Positions 1 to 12,454 of a stretch of DNA of 64,000 nucleotides are shown in pieces. This DNA comes from Myxococcota bacterium (GTDB taxonomy: Bacteria > Myxococcota_A > UBA796 > SXON01): the NCBI GenBank assembly GCA_040386535.1, contig JAZKFH010000039.1, positions 92,474 to 156,473 on the forward strand, read 5' to 3'. The notes below the pieces were generated by a model. That model had not been told where the DNA came from, made no database searches, and worked only from the letters and a program-made list of their open reading frames with translations. The translations under genes were made by a program, and so were the position numbers. Within the stretch, counting starts at the first letter, position 1. Every line of letters begins with the position of its first letter.

Positions 1-2372
1 CGGACGCGGACGTTCTCGGCCACGGCGCGCTCGGCCTCTTCGCGCACCCTCATCGCGACGTCGGCGCGGGCGACAGCATCGGCGGCGCGCGTGGCGCACG
101 CACGGGCGGCATTCAGGGCGTCCACCTCGGCCTTGCCGAGCCGCGCGGCCTCGCGCTCCTCGGCGGTGAGGCGGACGAGGTGCGCCTGCACGTCCGCGAG
201 CGCCGCGGCGAGCCCCGTCGTGAGCGCCGCCGCGAGCGCCCCGGCGCCGTCCTCCTCGGGGAGGGCCTCGGGGGCCGGGGTGACCCGCGCCGCCGTCCAG
301 GCCTGCGCCAGCGCGGCGCGCTGCTTGTCCTTGTCGGCCACCCGCGCGCGGCCCCGGGCGGCTTCGAGCGTGTCGGCGGCGGCCTTCGCGCCGGCCGCGG
401 ACTCGACGGCGCCCAGGCGCGCCACCTCGGCGTCGAGCGCGGCGACGCGGCCCGACGTGTCGTCCACGAGCCCTGCCAGCGGCGAGCCGTCGGCCCAGGG
501 GTGGTCGGGGGCGCCACAGAGGGGGCACGGCACGCCGTCGACCAGGGCGGCGCGGTGCCCGGTCAGGTCGAGCGCGGCCTGGGCCCGACGGAGGCCGTCC
601 CGCGCCTCCGCGAGCCGCGCGCCCTGCTCCGCCCGCGCGAGCGCCGCGCGGCTCCGCGCCGCCTCCGCTTCGACGGCCGCTGCCGATGCGGCCTCGACCG
701 CAGCGAGCTCCACGGCGCGCTCCTGCCCGAGGCGCGACCAGGTGGCGAGCAGATCCGCGCAGCGGACGAGCCCGTCGCGATGGGCCTCGTGGCGGGTGCG
801 TCGGAGCGGGAAGTCCTCACCCTGGTTCGTGGCGTCGAGGCGGGCCACCTCTTCGCGCGCGGCTTCGGCCTTCTTCGCCGCGGCGTCCGCCTCCAGCCGC
901 GACGTGTCGCGCGCCGTGATCGCCTGGGTGTGGGCGGTGGCCGCCTGTTCGGCGGCCGCGTGGAGCACCGCCGACGCCGCAACGGCGCGCTCGCGGCGGG
1001 GCGCCTCCGCGGCGAGCACGCTCAGGTGCACCTGGAGCTGGCCCCACTCCGCCGCGACGGTCGCGGTGGCGGCGTGGCGGGTGAGCCACTGGTCGAGCGC
1101 GGTGAGGCGCTCGTCCGCGGCCGCGAGCTCCCCATCCCGCGCGCGCAACGCGTCGGCCGCGTTCCGCGCGAGGTCGGCGGCCCCCTTCGCGTCGAGCGCG
1201 GCGGCCTCGGCCCGGCGGCGCGCCTCGACCACCCGCACGTCGGCGGCGCGGGCCTCCTGGAGGGCGGGCCCCTTCGCGATCCGCGCGGCCTCCGCCTCCG
1301 CGACGGCGAGGGCCGCCTTCTCCGAGCGGCCGCGGGCCTCTTCCGCGTCCTTCGCGGCGAGAACGGCGGCGGTCTCGCCCGACTCCACGGCGCTCGTCGC
1401 GACGAACGCGCGCCCGATCGCGACGTCCAGCGCCTCGACCGCGCCCCGCGCCGGCTCCGCAGCCTCCGCCCCGGCGAGCTCCTCGCGCGCGTCCGCCAAG
1501 GCCTCCCGCGCGTCCTCGGCGCCCTTCCGCTCTACGAGCGCGGCGTCCACACCGTGTCGCAAGGCCTCCGCCGCCCCGTGCCACGCCAACGCCGCCCGCA
1601 GGCGGGCCACCTCGGCCTCCGCGCCACCCCGGGTCGCCGCCGCGCCCCGCCCGGCCGTCTCCAGGGCCTCGCGCGCGTCCGCCTTGGCGGGCTCCGCGTC
1701 CGCGAGCCGCGCCACCAGCTCGTCGAGCGCCTTCTGCTCGGCCGCCGTGCGCGCCCACGCCTCCTGCGAGAGCTCCCCGTAGATCTTCGTCCCCGTCATC
1801 TGTTCGAGCAGCGACGCGCGGTCCGCCGCTTTCGCCCGTAGGAAGGCGGCGAAGTCGCCCTGGGCCAGCAACACCGCGCGGCGGAACTGGTCAAAATCGA
1901 GGCCGAGCTCGGTCTCGATGGCGGCGAGGGTCTCGGTCAGCGTCCCGCCGACCCGCGCGCCGCCGATCTCTTCGAGCGTGAGGTCGGAAGATTGGAGCTT
2001 CCCCGCGACCGCGAGCCGGGCCCGCCGCACCGACCACCGCGCGCGCCACCGCCGCCCTTCGCGCCCGAGGAAGTCGACCTCGGCGTACCCCTCGGTCGCG
2101 CCGTCCCGCAGCAGGTTGCGCGGATCGTTCGCGGGGAGGCCGCGCATCGTGCCGTCCGTACGCCCCACCTCGACGCCGCCCTGCCCGCCGAGCCGGGGGG
2201 TCTTGTTGTAGAGGGCGACACACATCGCGTCGAGGATCGTGCTCTTGCCGGCCCCGGTCGGCCCGGCGATGGCGAACAGCCCGGCCGCGCCGAGCGGCCC
2301 GTCGACGAGATCGAGCTCGAAGAACCCCTCGAGGCTGGTGAGGTTCTTGCCGCGGATGGCGAGGATCCTCAT
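1..2372 (-). CDS. sbcC: SbcC/Rad50-like SMC-family exonuclease ATPase subunit (partial, 3' end runs off the window)
   Basis: Manual translation from ATG 2372: MRILAIRGKNLTSLEG...FAIAGPTGAGKSTILDAMCVALY (Walker A), later VLLAQGDFAAFL, an Ala-rich coiled coil and a CPLC zinc-hook motif near 510-530. ATGA overlap with sbcD. Missing from the ORF track because there is no stop in the window. Confidence 0.93.
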   Translation of the reverse strand, partial: MRILAIRGKNLTSLEGFFELDLVDGPLGAAGLFAIAGPTGAGKSTILDAMCVALYNKTPRLGGQGGVEVGRTDGTMRGLPANDPRNLLRDGATEGYAEVDFLGREGRRWRARWSVRRARLAVAGKLQSSDLTLEEIGGARVGGTLTETLAAIETELGLDFDQFRRAVLLAQGDFAAFLRAKAADRASLLEQMTGTKIYGELSQEAWARTAAEQKALDELVARLADAEPAKADAREALETAGRGAAATRGGAEAEVARLRAALAWHGAAEALRHGVDAALVERKGAEDAREALADAREELAGAEAAEPARGAVEALDVAIGRAFVATSAVESGETAAVLAAKDAEEARGRSEKAALAVAEAEAARIAKGPALQEARAADVRVVEARRRAEAAALDAKGAADLARNAADALRARDGELAAADERLTALDQWLTRHAATATVAAEWGQLQVHLSVLAAEAPRRERAVAASAVLHAAAEQAATAHTQAITARDTSRLEADAAAKKAEAAREEVARLDATNQGEDFPLRRTRHEAHRDGLVRCADLLATWSRLGQERAVELAAVEAASAAAVEAEAARSRAALARAEQGARLAEARDGLRRAQAALDLTGHRAALVDGVPCPLCGAPDHPWADGSPLAGLVDDTSGRVAALDAEVARLGAVESAAGAKAAADTLEAARGRARVADKDKQRAALAQAWTAARVTPAPEALPEEDGAGALAAALTTGLAAALADVQAHLVRLTAEEREAARLGKAEVDALNAARACATRAADAVARADVAMRVREEAERAVAENVRV

Positions 2373-3628
2373 GGACGCTCCTGCACGGCGCCGAGGAGCT
2401 CGGCGAAACACGCGAGGTAGACGGGATCGGGGTCCGTCTTGAACTCCTGGCGCCACCGCTTGAGGAACACGTCGTCGGGGGTGGCGTCGGCGAGCGAGCC
2501 GCCGGTCGAGTCGCCGAGGGACACGCCGCTGCCCGTGCGCTCGCGCGAGAGCTTCACCAGGCGCGCGGCGCGGCCGTCGAGCGCGGCCTCCACGCGGCGT
2601 TGCAGCCCGGGCTCGGGCTGATCCAGGCGCACGCACGCTTCGAGGAAGGGGCGGCGCCACTCGGGCACCGCGGGGTCGCGCGGGGGGAGCGCGAGCAGGG
2701 CGGCCTCGAGCTCGTCGACCGGGAGGGCGCCGGTGGGCGGCACGCGGAGCATCGCGGTGGCGCGCGGCACGCGGACGGCGCGCACCTCGGCGAGGCGCTC
2801 CCCGTCGAGCTTCACGACGTTCACCGCGTGGGGATAGCTCCGCTCGGGCATCGAGAGGGGGATGGGCGCGCCGCAGTACCGAACGCTCTCGCGCGTCCCG
2901 ACGCTCTGGGCGAGGTGGAGGTGCCCGAGCGCCACGTAGGCGATGTCCTCCGGAAAGAGGGTGACGGGCAACGCGTGCTGGTTTCCGCCGAGGATCTTGC
3001 GCTCGGACAGGTCGGAGAGCGCGCCGCCGCTCATGTAGCAGTGCCCGGTCGCGACGAGCGCCTGGCCGGGCTGGCGCCGCGCCCGCGCCGCCTCCAGCGC
3101 GGACGCGTACACGCTGGCGACGCCCTCCACGAGCGCGTCCTCCGCGTCCACCACCACGGGCAGATCGGCGGGACGCAGGAAGGGCACCGCGACGACCCAC
3201 GCGGCCACGGCGCCGTTCGCGTCGGTGAGGGGGACGAGGAGCCGGTCGAGGTCGAGCGCGCGCTCGGAGCGGGCGCCGGAGGGTGCGAGGCGGGGCAGGC
3301 CACCGACCATGTGGAGGCCGAGGGCCCGCAAGACCGCCGCGGGCGCGTCCAGGCGTTGGGCGGAGTCGTGGTTGCCGCCGACCAGCACGACGTCGATGCG
3401 CGGGAGGCGCTGCCGCAGCGTGACGAGGAAGCGGTACAGCTGCTCCTGGGCCTGCGCGGGCGGGTTGGAGCCGTCGAACAGGTCACCCGCGACGATCAGG
3501 GCGTCCGCCGCCTCGATCTGGGCGAGGTCGACCAGCCAGTCGAGGAAGGCCCCGTGCTCCTCGGCGCGGGAGTGGTCGTGCAGGGTGTGGCCGAGGTGCC
3601 AGTCAGACGTGTGGAGGAGGGTCAGCAT
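2369..3628 (-). CDS. sbcD: SbcD/Mre11-like nuclease subunit
   Basis: Metallophosphoesterase motifs HTSDWHLG, AGDLFD, GNHDS, LGHLH. Start taken at ATG 3628 (MLTLLHTSDWH). Coupled to sbcC. Confidence 0.95.
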   Translation of the reverse strand: MLTLLHTSDWHLGHTLHDHSRAEEHGAFLDWLVDLAQIEAADALIVAGDLFDGSNPPAQAQEQLYRFLVTLRQRLPRIDVVLVGGNHDSAQRLDAPAAVLRALGLHMVGGLPRLAPSGARSERALDLDRLLVPLTDANGAVAAWVVAVPFLRPADLPVVVDAEDALVEGVASVYASALEAARARRQPGQALVATGHCYMSGGALSDLSERKILGGNQHALPVTLFPEDIAYVALGHLHLAQSVGTRESVRYCGAPIPLSMPERSYPHAVNVVKLDGERLAEVRAVRVPRATAMLRVPPTGALPVDELEAALLALPPRDPAVPEWRRPFLEACVRLDQPEPGLQRRVEAALDGRAARLVKLSRERTGSGVSLGDSTGGSLADATPDDVFLKRWRQEFKTDPDPVYLACFAELLGAVQERP

Positions 3629-3717
3629 CGCGGGGGCATCCTCTCCCGCGGAGCCCGCGAAGGCAACGCGGTGGCCGCCCGCGCGCCTCCGTGTCAAACC
3701 GGGAGGCAGAGGTGTGA

Positions 3718-4110
3718 GTGGTCCTGTTCCTCCTCGGCCTCGCCGGGCTCGGATGTGCCGCTGGAGACGGCGAGACGGCGCTTCCGCCGCCGGGCCTCGC
3801 CGCCGACATCCAGCCCCTCCTCGATCGCAACTGTGTCGATGCGTGCCACGGCGGGGCCGCTCCCTCCGGCGAGCTCGACCTGTCGCCGGGCCGCGCCTAC
3901 GACGCGCTCGTGGGGATGGCGAGCGTGCAGGCTCCCGATCTGTTGCGGGTGGCCTCGGGGGACCCCGACGGGAGCTACCTCGTCGCGAAGCTCGAAGGCC
4001 GGCAGGCCGCCGCCGGCGGGAGCGGCACGGGCATGCCCCCCGCGTTCGTCCTCTCCTCGGGCGAGATCGCCGCCGTGCGGGCGTGGATCGCCGCGGGCGC
4101 GGCCGAGTAG
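3718..4110 (+). CDS. Small lipoprotein, probable c-type cytochrome (planctomycete-cytochrome-C-like)
   Basis: Lipobox-like LAGLG-C, heme motif variant CVDACH, distal Met in GMPP, C-terminal IAAVRAWIAAGA helix typical of these domains. Confidence 0.65.
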   Translation: MVLFLLGLAGLGCAAGDGETALPPPGLAADIQPLLDRNCVDACHGGAAPSGELDLSPGRAYDALVGMASVQAPDLLRVASGDPDGSYLVAKLEGRQAAAGGSGTGMPPAFVLSSGEIAAVRAWIAAGAAE

Positions 4111-4195
4111 TCGGCCCCGGCTCGACCGGGTTCCGCTATCGCAACCCTTGCGTTTTGTAGGTTGTCGGCTCGCGAATGGTATAGGCTTGCCGCCG

Positions 4196-6736
<2,541 letters not shown>

Positions 6737-6754
6737 GATCCCTCCGCGACCCGC

Positions 6755-7750
6755 TCAGCCGGGGAGGTGTGCCTTCCACCACGCCGCCGTCCGCTCCAGC
6801 GCCTCCTCCGGGCCGACCTCGGGCGTGTAGCCGAAGTCGCGCACGGCGGGGCCGATGTCGTAGGCATGGGAGGTGCCGAGCTGGGCGGCCACGAAGCGGG
6901 TCATCGGGGGCTCGCCGGCCAGGCCGAAGAGGGACCAGACGGCCTCGGCGATGGTCCCGGCGAACCGCGCCACGCCGACCGACACCTTGCGCGTGACCGG
7001 GGGGATGCCGACGCGACCGAACAGATCGTTGGCCCAGGCCCAGACGAGGACCGGCTCGGGATCGTTGACGAAGTAGGCGCGGCCGGAACACGGGGCGCCG
7101 GGGGCAAGGGCCGCGGCCGCCTGGAGGTGGGCGGCGCCGGCGTTGTCGACGTAGCTGACGGACACGCGGTTCTGGCCGTCCCCGACGATGCGGAGGCGGC
7201 CGGCCCGGGCGCGGGTGAACAGCCGCGGGAGGATGTGGGGATCGCGGGGGCCCCAGATGAGGTGGGGGCGCAGCGCGATCGTCGCGAGCGTGGGGCTGTT
7301 CGCCGCGAGGACCAGGCGCTCGGCGCGAGCCTTGGTCTCGGAGTAGTGGTTCTCGTGCGTCTCCGGGTAGGGCGCCTCGGAGATGCCGACGTGGTCCTTG
7401 CCGTCGAACACCACGCTCGGGGAGCTGGTGTAGACGAGGCGCGTGATCCCGTGCGCCTTGCAGGCGGCCAGCACGTTCTCCGTGCCGGTGACGTTCGCGC
7501 GCTCGTAGTCCTCCTTCTTGCCCCACACGCCGGCCTTCGCCGCGACGTGGAACACGATGTCGGGGCCCGCGGCGGCCGCGAGGACCGCGCCCGCGTCGCT
7601 GATGTCGGCCCGCACGAGCCGCGCGCCGAGCGCCGCCACCTCGGGGTACTCGCCGCGCGCGAGCACGGTCACGGTGTCGCCGCGGGCGCGAAGGCGCCGG
7701 ACGATTTCGAGGCCGAGGAAGCCGCCGCCGCCGGTGACGAGGGCGTTCAT
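6755..7750 (-). CDS. oleD: OleD, 2-alkyl-3-oxoalkanoate reductase (3-beta-HSD-like SDR)
   Basis: MNALVTGGGGFLG Rossmann motif, TSSPSV, YSETK catalytic motif, LRPHLIWGP. ATGA-coupled to oleC and last gene of an oleABCD-ordered cluster. Confidence 0.88.
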   Translation of the reverse strand: MNALVTGGGGFLGLEIVRRLRARGDTVTVLARGEYPEVAALGARLVRADISDAGAVLAAAAGPDIVFHVAAKAGVWGKKEDYERANVTGTENVLAACKAHGITRLVYTSSPSVVFDGKDHVGISEAPYPETHENHYSETKARAERLVLAANSPTLATIALRPHLIWGPRDPHILPRLFTRARAGRLRIVGDGQNRVSVSYVDNAGAAHLQAAAALAPGAPCSGRAYFVNDPEPVLVWAWANDLFGRVGIPPVTRKVSVGVARFAGTIAEAVWSLFGLAGEPPMTRFVAAQLGTSHAYDIGPAVRDFGYTPEVGPEEALERTAAWWKAHLPG

Positions 7751-9321
7751 CGGGCCGCCAGCGCGGTCGACACCCGCGGCTCCGCCCAGAGCGCGAGCGT
7801 GTGGCGGTGGATCTTGGCGTTGTGCCGCACGTCGACCGGGAACGCCGCGTAGAACAACACCGCCTCCAACACGGGCACCTTCTCGCGCAGGCGCTTCGCC
7901 AACGCGTCGTCGGGGGCGCCCTCTACGATCAGCACGGGGCGCTGCTTTCCGGGCTCGCCCACCCCGACCAGCGCGGTGCGGCGGTCGCCGTTGCACATGC
8001 CCTCGATCTTGTCGGTGTAGAGTTCCCCAGCGGCAGTGCGGACACGCTCGCCCTTGCGGCCGCAGAACCAGATGCGGCCCTTCTCGTCGCGGTAGCCGAC
8101 ATCGCCCATGCGGTGCCACACCGCCGCGCCGTCGGCGATCTTGGCGCTCGCGGTGGCCTCGGCGCGGTTGGCGTAGGTGCGGGTCACGACGGGCCCCTTG
8201 ACGCAGATCTCGCCGACCTCACCGTCGGGAACGCAGAGCTGCTCGGACCAGGTGGCGATCGGGTTGTCCGTGATGCGGATCAACCGGATCTCCATGTGCG
8301 CGGCGGGCCGGCCGACACATGTGCCCGCCCCCGCGAGCGTGGCGGCGGCGGTGTCCCCGACGATCTCCTTGCCGGTCATGTTGGCGACCGGGAGCGACTC
8401 GGTGGCGCCGTAGGGCGTCTGCACGTCGCCGCCGATGACCTGGTGGAGCTGCTCCACGAGAAGCGGCGGGACCGGCGCGCCGGCGATGAGGACCCGCTGG
8501 AGCTCGGGGAGCTTGATGCCGTTGGCGATGCAGTAGGGGGCGACCCGCCGCCAGATCGCGGGCGATCCGAAGGCGGTGGTGCAGTGGTTGTCGCGCAGGG
8601 CGGCGACCACCTTCGCGGGATCACACGTGCCGGGGCGCGACGGGTTCACGTCGGGGATGACGCTGGTCATGCCGAGCGCGCCGTCGAACAGGGAGAACAG
8701 CGGGAAGGCGGCGCAGTCGATCTCGCCGGGGCGGAAGCCGTAGGTGTCGAGCAGCGCGGTGACCTGGGCCTCGAACATGCCGTGCGTGTAGACGACGCCC
8801 TTGGCCGGCCCGGTGCTGCCCGAGGTGAACAACACGGCGGCCTCGTCCCCGTCCGCCGTCTCCGCGATGGTGAACGGGCGCTCGTTCGTGGCGAGGCCCG
8901 CGAGGGTGGGGCCGCCCCAGAACCAGCGCGTGCCCACGGTCACGTGGGTCTTGACGCTGGTGAACGATCCCGCGAAGACGACGCGAAGCGCGTGCGCCAG
9001 GGGGATGCCGACCATGGCGGTGGGCGCCATGTCCGCGACGCAACGCAAGAACGGCTTGACGCCCATGCCGGGGTCGATGAGGACGGGCACGACGCCGGCC
9101 TTCATCATCCCGTAGGTGACGGCGATGAGATCGACGCCCGCCTTCACCATCAGGAGGGTGCGCTCGCCCCGCTGGATGCCTGCCGCCTGGAGCGCGTGGG
9201 CATAGCGGTCCGAACGCTGGTCGAGCTCCTTGAAGGTCACCCGTTGCCGACCCGCGATGACCGCGGCCTGATCGGGACGGGCAGCGGCCTGGAGGGGGAG
9301 GTGACGGGCGATGTTGATCAC
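7747..9321 (-). CDS. oleC: OleC, beta-lactone synthetase (AMP-dependent ligase)
   Basis: FTSGSTGPAKG AMP-binding loop, IDPGMG, TPYGATE, HRMGD, FPVDVRHNAKI (OleC-like C-terminus). Confidence 0.9.
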   Translation of the reverse strand: MINIARHLPLQAAARPDQAAVIAGRQRVTFKELDQRSDRYAHALQAAGIQRGERTLLMVKAGVDLIAVTYGMMKAGVVPVLIDPGMGVKPFLRCVADMAPTAMVGIPLAHALRVVFAGSFTSVKTHVTVGTRWFWGGPTLAGLATNERPFTIAETADGDEAAVLFTSGSTGPAKGVVYTHGMFEAQVTALLDTYGFRPGEIDCAAFPLFSLFDGALGMTSVIPDVNPSRPGTCDPAKVVAALRDNHCTTAFGSPAIWRRVAPYCIANGIKLPELQRVLIAGAPVPPLLVEQLHQVIGGDVQTPYGATESLPVANMTGKEIVGDTAAATLAGAGTCVGRPAAHMEIRLIRITDNPIATWSEQLCVPDGEVGEICVKGPVVTRTYANRAEATASAKIADGAAVWHRMGDVGYRDEKGRIWFCGRKGERVRTAAGELYTDKIEGMCNGDRRTALVGVGEPGKQRPVLIVEGAPDDALAKRLREKVPVLEAVLFYAAFPVDVRHNAKIHRHTLALWAEPRVSTALAAR

Positions 9322-9348
9322 GACTTCACCTGCGGCTGCCGGAGGCTA

Positions 9349-10338
9349 TCACTCGGCTTCGGGGTTGGTCCGGGTGGCGGAGCTCTCGTCGTCCGCCGCG
9401 ACCGCCATCCGCCGCTGCTTCTTGGGCGGCTCGGGCTTCTTGCGCGCCGCCTCGTCCTGCGCGCCCGAGGCGAACGCGCGTACGATCGGCAGCAGCTCGG
9501 CCCTTGCGTCCTCGATCACGTAGTGACCGGCATCCGCGAAGCGGTGCACCAACGCGCCGGGGAAGCGACGCTCCCAGTCCTGGCGGAAGGTGTGGTTGAA
9601 GCACCAGTCCTTGTCACCCCACCCGATGAGCACCGGGTGGTCGGTGAACTTGAGCAGGCCCTTCTCCACCTCGAGCAGGGTGTTCCACGAGGGGTGGTCG
9701 GCGCGCATCGGGATGTCCTCCACGAAGCGCTGCACGGCCACGCGGTGGGCCCAGGTGTCGTAGGGGGCGAGCAGGCCGGCGCGCACGTCGGGGGCGAGGC
9801 CCTTCTCGGTCGCCATGTAGATGGCGGCGCCCGCGAAGCCGTTGAGGCCGCGCACGGCGAGGGGGCCGAGGCCCGGGACGCGGCACACCGCGATGCGGAA
9901 GGGGATGCGGGGGCTCGGGAAGGCGCCGGTGTTGAAGACGCCGATGCGGGCGATGCGATCGGGCTGGCGCGCCGCCATCCCCATGCCGATGGCGCCGCCC
10001 CAGTCGTGCATCAGGAGGGTCACATTGCGCAGGTCGAGCGCGACGACGAGCGACTCGAGCCGGTCGATGTGGTCGGCGAGGCGGTACGGCCCCTCCTCGG
10101 GCTTGTCGGACAGGCCGCAGCCGAGGTGGTCGACCGCGACGACGCGGTGGGCGCCGCGCAGATCGGCGATGAACTCGCGCCAGTAGAACGACCACGTCGG
10201 GTTGCCGTGCACCATGAGCACGGGGCCGCCGGTCGGCTCGGCCGGGCTCTCGTCCACGTAGTGCATGCGGTGGGAGCCCACCGTGTGCCAGTGCGACGCG
10301 AAGGGGTACAACGCGCGCCAGGGCTCGGGCGCGCTCAC
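9349..10338 (-). CDS. oleB: OleB, beta-lactone decarboxylase (haloalkane dehalogenase-like alpha/beta hydrolase)
   Basis: HGNPTWSF, DHLGCGLSDKP, nucleophile HDWGG, AGHYVIED. GTG start at 10338 overlaps the oleA stop (GTGA). Confidence 0.9.
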   Translation of the reverse strand: MSAPEPWRALYPFASHWHTVGSHRMHYVDESPAEPTGGPVLMVHGNPTWSFYWREFIADLRGAHRVVAVDHLGCGLSDKPEEGPYRLADHIDRLESLVVALDLRNVTLLMHDWGGAIGMGMAARQPDRIARIGVFNTGAFPSPRIPFRIAVCRVPGLGPLAVRGLNGFAGAAIYMATEKGLAPDVRAGLLAPYDTWAHRVAVQRFVEDIPMRADHPSWNTLLEVEKGLLKFTDHPVLIGWGDKDWCFNHTFRQDWERRFPGALVHRFADAGHYVIEDARAELLPIVRAFASGAQDEAARKKPEPPKKQRRMAVAADDESSATRTNPEAE

Positions 10339-11354
10339 CAGGTCACGCTCATCATCGCGACGTTCAGGCCGGAGCCGATCCCCATGAGCCCCACGTGGTC
10401 GCCCGGGCGGATGCGCCCGGCCTCGTGCGCGAGCGCCAGCGTGAGCGGAACCGCGGCGGGGCCGACGTTTCCGAACGTGGGGTAGGTGAGGAAACACTTC
10501 TGCTGCGGGATGCCGAGCGCCTGGCAGATGGCGACCATGTGCGACTTGCCGACCTGGTGCAGGATGAACTGGTCGATGCCGACGGCCGACCAGTTCGGCA
10601 GCGCCTCGGCGGCGTGCGCCCAGGTGCGGCCGGCCAGCGCGACGCCGGCCTTCAACAGGCGCGTGGAGTCGGTCACCATGCTCTCGGCGGTGCCGAGGCA
10701 CAGGCGGTTGTTCTCGGTGTCGGAGCGCGACACGGAGCCGTTCACGCGGTGCCCGGTGCGGGTGCGGCTGGTGTGGCCGAGCACCATCGCGACCGCGGCG
10801 GAGCCGAGCGTGAGTGTCGCGAAGTTGTCCCAGAAGTCCTTGCTGGTGGCTTCCGGGCCGACGAGCCGCTTGAGCGTGGCGTCGACGATGTTTCCGGAGC
10901 TCTCGCCGTCGACGATCAGCGCGTAGTCGATCACGCCGGCCTCGATCATCCGGCCGGCGACCTCGATCCCGTTCATGAAGCCGAGGCACGCGTTGGCGAG
11001 GTCGAAGCTGGCGCAGCGTGTGTCGAGCCCGAGCTCGCCGTGCACGAGGCTCGCGACCGACGGCTCCAGGTAGTCCTTGGAGACCGACGTGCTGATGAGC
11101 AGGCCGACCTCGCCCGCGTCGATGCCCGCGTCCGCCAGGGCCTTGCGCCCGGCGCGCGCGGCGACCTCGGAGACCAGCGTGCCGCGGTCCCAGAAGCCGC
11201 GCTCGGTGATTCCGGTGAGCAACTCGATGGGGTGGGGCGGGAGGCGCATCCGCGCCATCGCGCCGTTCAAACGGTCCTCGAGCTGCTCGCTCGTCACCTT
11301 GTGGGGCGCGAGTTCGTAGCTCAGGCTCTCGATGGTGAGGTCTCGGAAGAGCAT
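10335..11354 (-). CDS. oleA: OleA, thiolase/FabH-fold head-to-head acyl condensing enzyme
   Basis: YLEPS (catalytic Glu), ANACLGF (Cys), FATLTLGSAA, LHQVG (His), GNVGP (Asn), GIGSGLN. Start at ATG 11354. Confidence 0.92.
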   Translation of the reverse strand: MLFRDLTIESLSYELAPHKVTSEQLEDRLNGAMARMRLPPHPIELLTGITERGFWDRGTLVSEVAARAGRKALADAGIDAGEVGLLISTSVSKDYLEPSVASLVHGELGLDTRCASFDLANACLGFMNGIEVAGRMIEAGVIDYALIVDGESSGNIVDATLKRLVGPEATSKDFWDNFATLTLGSAAVAMVLGHTSRTRTGHRVNGSVSRSDTENNRLCLGTAESMVTDSTRLLKAGVALAGRTWAHAAEALPNWSAVGIDQFILHQVGKSHMVAICQALGIPQQKCFLTYPTFGNVGPAAVPLTLALAHEAGRIRPGDHVGLMGIGSGLNVAMMSVTW

Positions 11355-11428
11355 AGGTACCGTGCGGCGCGAGCGTGTATACCGGATGACGTTCGGCTGC
11401 ACGGGCGCCTCCGGTATAGAAGGGCCCG

Positions 11429-12436
11429 ATGCGTAGACAAGGCGAGCGGCGCGGGGTGCTCCTCCTCAACCTCGGGACGCCGGACGCGCCCGAAACCGGG
11501 GCCGTACGCCGCTACCTGCGCGAGTTCCTGATGGACGGGCGCGTGCTCGACATCCCGACGCCGGCGCGTTGGATCCTGGTCAACCTGCTCATCACGCCCA
11601 CCCGCTCCCCGAAGAGCGCAAAGGCCTATCGAGCGGTGTGGCTCAAAGACGGATCGCCCCTGCTCGTGTACAGCCGGGCGATCGTTTCGGCGGTGGAGAA
11701 GGAGCTCGGCGAACACGTCACGCTCGCGATGCGCTACGGCAACCCGTCCATCGAGGCGGCGATCGCCGAGCTTGGTGAGGTGGATCGCATCGTGGTGGTG
11801 CCGCTCTACCCCCAGTACGCCTCGTCCTCGACCGGCACCGCGCTCGAGGCGCTGTTCGCCGCCCTGTCGAAGCGCGCGTTCGTGCCGCCCGTCTCGGTGC
11901 TGCCGCCCTTCTTCGACGACCCCGGCTTCCTCGACGCGCAAGCCGCGCTCGCCCGCCCGATGGTCGCCGGCGCGGACCACGTGCTGTTCAGCTACCACAG
12001 CCTGCCCGAGCGCCACATCAAGGCGGCGTCGAGCACGTGCGAGCTCACGACGCGGTGCTGCGTGCCCGGGTCCGGCAAGGTGCCGCCCTACTGCTACCGC
12101 GCCCAGTGCCTCGCCACGACGCGGGGCCTCGTGTCGCGCCTCGGGCTGGCGGAGGGCGCGTTCAGCGAGAGCTTCCAGAGCCGCCTCGGGCGCGAGGAGT
12201 GGCTCAAGCCCGCCACGGACAAGGTGGTGCCCGAGCTGGCGCGGCGCGGCGTCAAGCGCCTCACCGTCGTCTGCCCCTCGTTCGTGGCGGATTGCCTCGA
12301 GACGCTGGAGGAGATCGGCATCCGCGCGCGCGAGGAGTTCCTGGCCGCGGGTGGCGAGGAGCTGCGCCTCGTGCCGTGCCTCAACGGCGACCCGACGTTC
12401 GCGGCGGCGCTCGCGCGGCGGATCGCGGAGCTCTGA
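11429..12436 (+). CDS. hemH: Protoporphyrin ferrochelatase
   Basis: LLNLGTP, AMRYGNPS, PLYPQYASSSTG, FSYHSLP, FQSRLG, FVADCLETLEE. Confidence 0.96.
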   Translation: MRRQGERRGVLLLNLGTPDAPETGAVRRYLREFLMDGRVLDIPTPARWILVNLLITPTRSPKSAKAYRAVWLKDGSPLLVYSRAIVSAVEKELGEHVTLAMRYGNPSIEAAIAELGEVDRIVVVPLYPQYASSSTGTALEALFAALSKRAFVPPVSVLPPFFDDPGFLDAQAALARPMVAGADHVLFSYHSLPERHIKAASSTCELTTRCCVPGSGKVPPYCYRAQCLATTRGLVSRLGLAEGAFSESFQSRLGREEWLKPATDKVVPELARRGVKRLTVVCPSFVADCLETLEEIGIRAREEFLAAGGEELRLVPCLNGDPTFAAALARRIAEL

Positions 12437-12454
12437 CCCGTTGGTATCGTGGCG

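Noticed and set aside
1..3628. SbcCD as a possible defence system (Wadjet or Lamassu-like SMC)
   Set aside because: Standard sbcD-sbcC pair with canonical motifs and no effector genes visible in the window.
2600..4195. N-terminal extensions of ORF-track calls (kinase from 2600; likewise pfa3 from 31481, oleB from 11469, Ser/Thr kinase from 40667)
   Set aside because: They overlap other real genes; internal starts with coupling or RBS explain the proteins better.
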